64,000 nt of DNA, taken from the NCBI GenBank assembly GCA_964486045.1, contig CAZALK010000001.1, forward strand, positions 264,142 to 328,141, read 5' to 3'. The notes under the pieces are model-generated. The model had not been told where the DNA came from, did not search any database, and saw only the letters and a program-made list of their open reading frames with translations. This DNA comes from an uncultured archaeon (GTDB taxonomy: Archaea; Asgardarchaeota; Lokiarchaeia; Sigyniarchaeales; SOKP01). This document shows, piece by piece, positions 57,833-64,000 of the stretch. Position 1 is the stretch's first letter; each line of letters opens with the position of its first letter. The translations under genes and the position numbers were made by a program.

Positions 57833-59765
57833 GAAAAGGCACCTCTTGTCCGAAGACATTTATAATTGACTTTCTAATTGCCCTATTTGGGCATATTTCG
57901 TAACAAACCCCACATTTTATACAACGATCTTGATCTATTTGCATTTCTTCAATTCCTTCGGTGTTAACTCTCCTTATTGCAGGGCAACTCAGAATCCTAC
58001 TGCATTCATGACACATTGAACAGCCTCCAATATAATAAGAGATGTCTTGAACTCTTTCACCATCATCTTGAAGAGATTTAATTTGAGACATTCTCCACCT
58101 ATGAGCTTGCAATCCGCATTCTCTCTTTATGATGATAACTTTTAACCCTTTAGTTTTAAGTGCTTCTTCTATAGTCTTGGTTAGTTTTTTAGGGTGATAT
58201 GAATCTTCAACTTTAAGCCAAGGTACTCCAATAGCTCTACAAATTTTTTCAATTGAAAATCCTCGATTTATTAAGTATCGAAGAACATCATCTTGATGCC
58301 CCGTCATCGCTGTCCATGAGTTTTCAAATATAACAAGTAATAAATTTGAGTTGTACCCTACTGCTTCAGCCAACGGTGCCATCCCAGTATGGAAGAAAGT
58401 AGAATCACCGATAAATGCTATAACCTTTTGATCTGTTTTTGTTGACATTCCAATAGCTGCGCTTATGCCTCCAGACATGCATATCACTAAATCCGAACAT
58501 TGCTGGGGAGGAAAAAATGACATTACATAACAACCTATATCACCACAGATTACAGTATTTGCTAAGTTATTTGTAGCCTTTAAAATTGAGTATAATGTAG
58601 CTCTTTCTGGGCAACCTGCGCAAAAAGTTGGGAATCGACTCGGGATAATCTCCTTATATGAATTGAAATACTCAACAGCCTTAGTCATTTGCTCATTTGG
58701 CTTTTTACCAAATATTTGTGCCAAGCAAGAAGCAACTAAACCTGTAGAAAATTCATTATGTTTAGGAAAAAACTTTTGTCCTAAAATTTCAACATTAATT
58801 CTCTGATTATGAGCAATTTCAGCGATTTTAACTTCCAAGAATGGCTCTAATTCTTCAATTATGATTACTTTTTCTAAATTTTGGATATAATCAGAGATCT
58901 GCTTATAATTCAATGGATAAATCATTCCAAGCTTTAATACTGGAACACTATTTAATTCTAATTGATTAAGCGCTTCCATCGTATATCCAAATGGCATTCC
59001 ACTTGTTATAACTCCTATTTTGTTATCACCAATAATGATCTTATTAAATCCTAAGTTTGGTGAATCCACTCGAAGTTTTTCTATCCGTTCATACAATCTA
59101 ATATGATTATTGATTGCATGAGGGGGTAGTGAGTTGAATTTAGGAATATCTCTAATAAATTCACCGCTTTTTTTACCAGGTACTAACGGTCCTAACTCAA
59201 CAAAACCTCGTGAATGAGCACTTCTTGTTGAAGTACGAATATTTATGATTAAATCAAATTTTTCTGAAAGTTCAAAAGCAATTTTAACCCAATCTTTACA
59301 TTCTTGAGGTGTATGAGGTTCTATAGTAGGAATATGAAGCATCCACGCATAAAATCGTTCATTCTGTTCTTGATGTGAACCCAAAGAACCAGGATCAGAG
59401 CCAACTGAAACTACCATGCCTCCAGGATTCGGTCCATTTAATGCAATTACACTCAATGCATCACTTGCAACATTCAAACCTACATGTTTCATAGGATTAA
59501 AAGTTCTACATCCTGTCCAAGCTGCTCCTGCACAAGAAGAAGTTGCAACAGCCTCGTTAACAGCCCAATGATGGACTAAAAAATCACTATACTCAGGAAA
59601 ATCTCTAATTACTTGATGGAAATATTCCCCAATATCGCTTGTTGGAGTCCCAGGATATTGAGAAACGTATGAAACTCCCGCTTCTAGGCATCCTCTAACA
59701 AGTGCTTCATTACCAAGCAATAAAACCTTACCTTTAGCTCTCGTGAAGCGAGTATCTTTTATCAT
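57822..59765 (-). CDS. iorA: Indolepyruvate:ferredoxin oxidoreductase alpha subunit
   Basis: LLGNEA, YPGTP, MKHVGLNVA, FCAGCP, GDIGCY, GDSTFFHTG, AMTGHQ, C-terminal ferredoxin. Confidence 0.96.
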   Translation of the reverse strand: MIKDTRFTRAKGKVLLLGNEALVRGCLEAGVSYVSQYPGTPTSDIGEYFHQVIRDFPEYSDFLVHHWAVNEAVATSSCAGAAWTGCRTFNPMKHVGLNVASDALSVIALNGPNPGGMVVSVGSDPGSLGSHQEQNERFYAWMLHIPTIEPHTPQECKDWVKIAFELSEKFDLIINIRTSTRSAHSRGFVELGPLVPGKKSGEFIRDIPKFNSLPPHAINNHIRLYERIEKLRVDSPNLGFNKIIIGDNKIGVITSGMPFGYTMEALNQLELNSVPVLKLGMIYPLNYKQISDYIQNLEKVIIIEELEPFLEVKIAEIAHNQRINVEILGQKFFPKHNEFSTGLVASCLAQIFGKKPNEQMTKAVEYFNSYKEIIPSRFPTFCAGCPERATLYSILKATNNLANTVICGDIGCYVMSFFPPQQCSDLVICMSGGISAAIGMSTKTDQKVIAFIGDSTFFHTGMAPLAEAVGYNSNLLLVIFENSWTAMTGHQDDVLRYLINRGFSIEKICRAIGVPWLKVEDSYHPKKLTKTIEEALKTKGLKVIIIKRECGLQAHRWRMSQIKSLQDDGERVQDISYYIGGCSMCHECSRILSCPAIRRVNTEGIEEMQIDQDRCIKCGVCYEICPNRAIRKSIINVFGQEVPFREI

Positions 59766-59883
59766 GAAAATTTCTCCTTATTTATTTTCAGATTAAACTA
59801 TAATTCAAAATTAAATACTAAATATATCTTATTGGTATTGAAGACGGTTAAAGAAAATTAAAAAGAGTTATAGAATCTCGTAT

Positions 59884-60426
59884 CTAACCATTTTTTTCTA
59901 TAATTTCCTTCGCAATATATTCGAAAATATCCTCTACATTATCTCCTGTTTTAGAAGAACATTCAAAATATCCTTTCAACCCAAAAGTTCTAGATAATTC
60001 CTCTGCTTCTTCAGAGGGTATAGATCTTTTTTCTTCAAGATCAATTTTACTTCCTACCATAATAATAGGTATCTTAACCTCATCTTCAGATATAAAATAT
60101 TCGAAAATTGACAACCAATCTCTAATTTGACCAAGGCTAGAATAACGGGTTGTATCATACATAAATATACCACCATCAGCCCCTTTTGCAAAAGCGGGTA
60201 GAAGAACTCGAAAACGATCTTCTCCCGCAAAATCCCATATTCGAAGCGTTATTTTTCTGCCGTCTAAGTCAATATTTTTAACACTAAAATCAGCCCCTAT
60301 TGTCATTTTAATATCTTTCTGGAAAACTCCTGTAGAAAATCTCCTGATCAATGTAGTTTTACCTACTCCACCATCACCAAAGATGCAAATCTTGAAAGCA
60401 ACTTTTTGTACTATCCTTATCACCAA
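59884..60426 (-). CDS. Rab-like small GTPase with intact motifs
   Basis: GDGGVGKTT, TIGADF, WDFAGE, GSKID, ECSSK. Confidence 0.95.
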   Translation of the reverse strand: MVIRIVQKVAFKICIFGDGGVGKTTLIRRFSTGVFQKDIKMTIGADFSVKNIDLDGRKITLRIWDFAGEDRFRVLLPAFAKGADGGIFMYDTTRYSSLGQIRDWLSIFEYFISEDEVKIPIIMVGSKIDLEEKRSIPSEEAEELSRTFGLKGYFECSSKTGDNVEDIFEYIAKEIIEKNG

Positions 60427-60495
60427 ATTTTCAATTTAAAAAATTATTACTGCCTTCTAATGGTTTTTTATAAGCGAAAACAAATTCAAATGCAA

Positions 60496-60927
60496 TTATT
60501 TGATTATATCAGTAATAAAACAGGTTTCAATAATTTTTATCCCTATTATCTGAGATATCTTTTCTTCAATAAGAGGATTAAATTTATCTATCGATGGGAT
60601 ATCTACTTTCATTAACAATCCACAATCACCAGATAAACGCCAAATATTCTTTATTTCTTCGATGGTTCTCAATTCCTTTAAAATTCGTTTTATTTCTTTA
60701 AAATCCGGAACAGCTTTTATTGTGGCACTGATAGATCGTTTTGTATCTATATCATACTCTATCGTAAAACGCATGATAAAACCTTCATCAACAAGTCTCT
60801 TGACACGCCTTCTTATAGTTGCTTCAGTTTTCTCAACCTTCTGGCTGATTTCATTGAAGGATATTCTACTGTTGTTTTTCAATTCCTCTATAATTTTAAG
60901 ATCAATAATATCTAATTTTTTTGGCAA
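60496..60927 (-). CDS. Lrp/AsnC family transcriptional regulator
   Basis: LDIIDLKIIEELKNNSRISF...TIRRRVKRL; RAM domain. Confidence 0.92.
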   Translation of the reverse strand: MPKKLDIIDLKIIEELKNNSRISFNEISQKVEKTEATIRRRVKRLVDEGFIMRFTIEYDIDTKRSISATIKAVPDFKEIKRILKELRTIEEIKNIWRLSGDCGLLMKVDIPSIDKFNPLIEEKISQIIGIKIIETCFITDIIK

Positions 60928-61105
60928 GTTCTCACAAATCTAATAAATTTTAACCTAAACTATCTAAACTAGTTATAAATTGTGATAAGTTGTTTATTAA
61001 ATTATTTTTTTGCGTCAAAATGAGCAAGTTTCTTTTAATTTTTAAGTCTAAAATTTGTCGAAAATCATTAATTTTTTAAAAAATAAGTTAAAAACTTGAT
61101 TGAAA

Positions 61106-61390
61106 TCAAGATTCTAAATATTTCTTGAGATCAATCAACAGTGTCTTTTCTTTTTCATCCCGATGTTCAATTGTTACTTTTAAAAGTTCACCTTCGATTG
61201 ATGAGCTTAATAACTTTATTTCCCCCATGCTTTCAGTTTTTCTCCCTGATTTTTCTTCACTCTCGGTTTTGCACTTCAAACAAGTGGTAACATCATCATT
61301 TTTACAATTTTCACAACAATACCCGATTGGCATATAATCCACAATAGAACATCTAGTAAAAAAGTCGCAATTGCAATTTTTACACATCAA
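61106..61390 (-). CDS. Small Cys-rich protein
   Basis: CKNCNC...C...CCENC...CLKC. Confidence 0.55.
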   Translation of the reverse strand: MMCKNCNCDFFTRCSIVDYMPIGYCCENCKNDDVTTCLKCKTESEEKSGRKTESMGEIKLLSSSIEGELLKVTIEHRDEKEKTLLIDLKKYLES

Positions 61391-61767
61391 TAATACAAGT
61401 GGAATTGATGGTATTTAAGCCTAATCATTAATTCTAAACATAGGACGATTTTGGTTGACAGATTTAATTGCTAGTATATCCAATCAATTCAAAGGGAAAA
61501 ATTCAGTTTTAGGAATTTCTGATAAATTTTTTAACACTTCTAAAATTTGCATAACCATCGAAGGAAACGAAACAAAATAATATTTTTGATATTTTTGTCA
61601 AAATGAGTATAATTAATTTTAAGTTTCGAAACAAGGTAATGAAACATATCGCTTCTCTTAGCTACTGTGACCAATGTAGCACTTGTGGATGGTAGCTAGA
61701 TAAATATTACATTAAAAAATTTTTACAAAAAGAAGGAAGTTAGGACAGAAAAAAGATTTGAGAAGTT

Positions 61768-62889
61768 ATGACAGAAGTTAACCCAAAGAAAACGATTCTG
61801 AAGGATGTTAAAGTCTTCAAAGATCTTGAAGATGAGATAATTAAGACTAATCTATGCTGTGCATGTGGTGCGTGTGTAGCCCATTGTAGTTCACAAGAGT
61901 TCGATGTTATTAAAATGGTAGGTTATACACCTCAATTCATATCAGATGCAAATGTAGATAATTGCAAAGAATGCGCTCTATGTTATTATATTTGCCCTCA
62001 AACCGATCCATTGATGAACCTGTTAAACGAGAAATATCATGTCAAGGATGAAATTGGATATATTCAAGAGGTTGTTGCTGCTAAAACAACAGATGAAAAA
62101 ATAAAAGAAATGGGTCAAGATGGAGGTTTAGTAACAACTCTCTTGATGTATTTATTCGATCAAAATAAAATTGATGCTGCGATAGTGTCTGAATTTGATG
62201 AGAATTTTCAACCGATTCCAAAAATCATACACACTAAAGAAGATCTATTGAAATCCTCAGGGACTCGATATTCAATATCATCAAACATTCTTCCTCTGGC
62301 AGATTTTTATAGTATCGCAGAAGAAATAATTGAAAAACAACATCAAATTTATGATGTAAATCAAATTCGTATGGCTTTTGTTGGAACGCCTTGCCAATGT
62401 AGGGCGATTAGAAAAATGCAACTATTAAACATCAGCCCTACTCATGTCATTAAATATGTATTTGGCTTATTCTGCATGGAAAATTTTGACTACGAGAAAT
62501 TGTTCCAGCTCGTAAAAAAGGAGACTAATGAGGACCCTACGAATATAGCCAAAATGAATATTAAGAAGAATTTTTTCATAACAAATAAAGAAAATAAAGT
62601 GTATGAAGTCGAACTCAAAAAATTTGATGAAGCTATAAGGAATCATTGCCTTGAATGTGATGAGTTCACAAGCCGGTTTGCGGACATCAGTTTCGGTGGT
62701 TCCGGGGCTGTTCAGAAAAATTCGATGGTAATAATACGCACAAAAAAAGGCGAAGAGCTTATTCGAGATGTAACGATTGCGAAGTATATTACTAAGTTTT
62801 CTCCTAAGAAGTCCACCATAGATAAATGGAGAGAGAATAAAATAAATTTGTTGAGGAGAATGACAACCAATAAAATAAATAAATCTTAA
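61768..62889 (+). CDS. FrhB/FdhB family (coenzyme F420 hydrogenase/dehydrogenase beta subunit)
   Basis: N-terminal ferredoxin, GQDGGLVT, VGTPCQ, GLFCMENF, ADISFG. Confidence 0.93.
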   Translation: MTEVNPKKTILKDVKVFKDLEDEIIKTNLCCACGACVAHCSSQEFDVIKMVGYTPQFISDANVDNCKECALCYYICPQTDPLMNLLNEKYHVKDEIGYIQEVVAAKTTDEKIKEMGQDGGLVTTLLMYLFDQNKIDAAIVSEFDENFQPIPKIIHTKEDLLKSSGTRYSISSNILPLADFYSIAEEIIEKQHQIYDVNQIRMAFVGTPCQCRAIRKMQLLNISPTHVIKYVFGLFCMENFDYEKLFQLVKKETNEDPTNIAKMNIKKNFFITNKENKVYEVELKKFDEAIRNHCLECDEFTSRFADISFGGSGAVQKNSMVIIRTKKGEELIRDVTIAKYITKFSPKKSTIDKWRENKINLLRRMTTNKINKS

Positions 62890-62900
62890 AGGTGAAAAAA

Positions 62901-64000
62901 TTGGGAGAAGATTCAAAAGCGGTTTTGGTTATTGGGGCAGGAATTGCTGGCATTCAAGCAGCATTAGATTTGGGAGACATGGGAATAAAAGTGCATCTTA
63001 TTGAGAAAGAATCGTGCATTGGTGGAAGGATGGCCCAATTAGATAAAACATTCCCAACTCTTGATTGTTCAATTTGTATACTTGCTCCAAAACTATCAGA
63101 ATGTTCTAGACATTCAAATATTACGCTCCATACTCTTACTGAAGTTCAAAAGGTTGAGGGAACAGTCGGAAATTTTACAGTAGAAGTACTACAACATCCT
63201 AGATATGTAAAGGAAGACGTCTGTACTTCATGTAATGAATGTGCTGAAATTTGTCCAGTCAGAGGGATAACAAATTTCTTTGATGCAGATTTACTAACTC
63301 AATCAGCTGCGCAAATTGCCTTCCCTTCAGCGGTCCCATCAGCATATAGTATCGATTCGAGTAAATGTCTATATTTAAATTATGAAATTTGCGGTTTATG
63401 TTATCAACAGTGTGGAGCAGATGCTATCGATCTCGAGCAAAAAGAATCTATACTTACTTTAGATAATATCGGAGCAATTATTGTAGCAACAGGTTTGGAT
63501 TTAGATGAAGATATACATACATTAGACCTTTATGGTTATCAAAAATATGATAATGTAATCACAGCCATGGAGTTAGAGCGATTAATATGTGCCTCAGGAC
63601 CGCAAGAAGGTCATTTAAGCAGACTATCTGATGGGAAACATCCTCAGAAAATTGCTTTCCTGCAATGTATTGGATCAAGAGATTACACAGGAGAAGGACA
63701 ACCATACTGTTCTTCTGTGTGTTGCATGTATACTACAAAAGAGGCAATGATCGCGTTTGAACATAATAATGAGTTAGAGTCTTTTGTCTTTTACATTGAT
63801 ATGCGAGCTGGTGGTAAAGGATTTCAGAAGTTTCTTCGAAGGGGAGAAAAAGAATACAACATAAAATATTATAAAAGTAAAATTTCTCACCTTGAGGTTG
63901 ATGAGAATGATAATCCTATTATAACCTATGAAGATTTTGCGACCGGTGAAATTAAACAGTTAACAGTAGATCTAGCAGTCCTTGCTACTTGTATTATTCC
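62901..64000 (+). CDS. hdrA: Heterodisulfide reductase subunit A (runs off the window end)
   Basis: TTG start behind AGGTGA; VLVIGAGIAGIQAAL, GGRMAQLDKTFPTLDCSIC, QCIGSR, YCSSVCCMY. Confidence 0.95.
   Translation, partial: MGEDSKAVLVIGAGIAGIQAALDLGDMGIKVHLIEKESCIGGRMAQLDKTFPTLDCSICILAPKLSECSRHSNITLHTLTEVQKVEGTVGNFTVEVLQHPRYVKEDVCTSCNECAEICPVRGITNFFDADLLTQSAAQIAFPSAVPSAYSIDSSKCLYLNYEICGLCYQQCGADAIDLEQKESILTLDNIGAIIVATGLDLDEDIHTLDLYGYQKYDNVITAMELERLICASGPQEGHLSRLSDGKHPQKIAFLQCIGSRDYTGEGQPYCSSVCCMYTTKEAMIAFEHNNELESFVFYIDMRAGGKGFQKFLRRGEKEYNIKYYKSKISHLEVDENDNPIITYEDFATGEIKQLTVDLAVLATCII

Noticed and set aside
57145-57859. ORF-track calls 57145..57744 and 57677..57859 as two genes, or as a simple frameshift
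   Set aside because: They are the two halves of iorB separated by a structured 31-nt insertion
859-62916. Many short antisense or overlapping ORFs (e.g. 2624, 13665, 18117, 21739, 28257, 52222, 62467)
   Set aside because: They lie opposite or within well-supported genes and show no motifs
61658-64000. SECIS element or selenocysteine in HdrA
   Set aside because: No in-frame TGA seen in the visible frhB/hdrA (DCSIC uses Cys codons), and the hairpin is too short for a SECIS

Overview
AT-rich archaeal DNA whose gene content (Rab-like GTPases, an ESCRT-II-like protein, a gelsolin domain, a PP1/PP2A-type phosphatase, LRR/TPR expansions, RIO2, Lsm, EF-1beta, HdrA) points to an Asgard archaeon, most likely Lokiarchaeia; this is inferred, not searched. 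The left ~33 kb is a variable region. Its core is a co-oriented cluster (7664-22426) encoding recognisable homologs of the eukaryotic UFMylation pathway: UBA5-like E1, UFM1-like modifier ending in Val-Gly, and UFC1-like E2. The cluster also encodes a JAB/MPN protease, an ESCRT-II-like protein, an SPFH protein and a Cdc48-N-domain protein. In and next to it are about 8 proteins with different N-termini that share one C-terminal winged-helix (PCI-like) domain and an amphipathic tail helix; I propose these are modular E3/adaptors. The right ~31 kb is mostly housekeeping (por, mutS/mutL, tyrS, ior, frhB, hdrA). A second independent highlight is a 31-nt insertion in iorB. It folds into a bulge-helix-bulge, and the canonical cut sites restore the reading frame exactly, making it a candidate tRNA-type intron in an mRNA. 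Eukaryotic reference sequences quoted below are from memory and need alignment to confirm. I recognised no rRNA, tRNA, CRISPR array or transposase.
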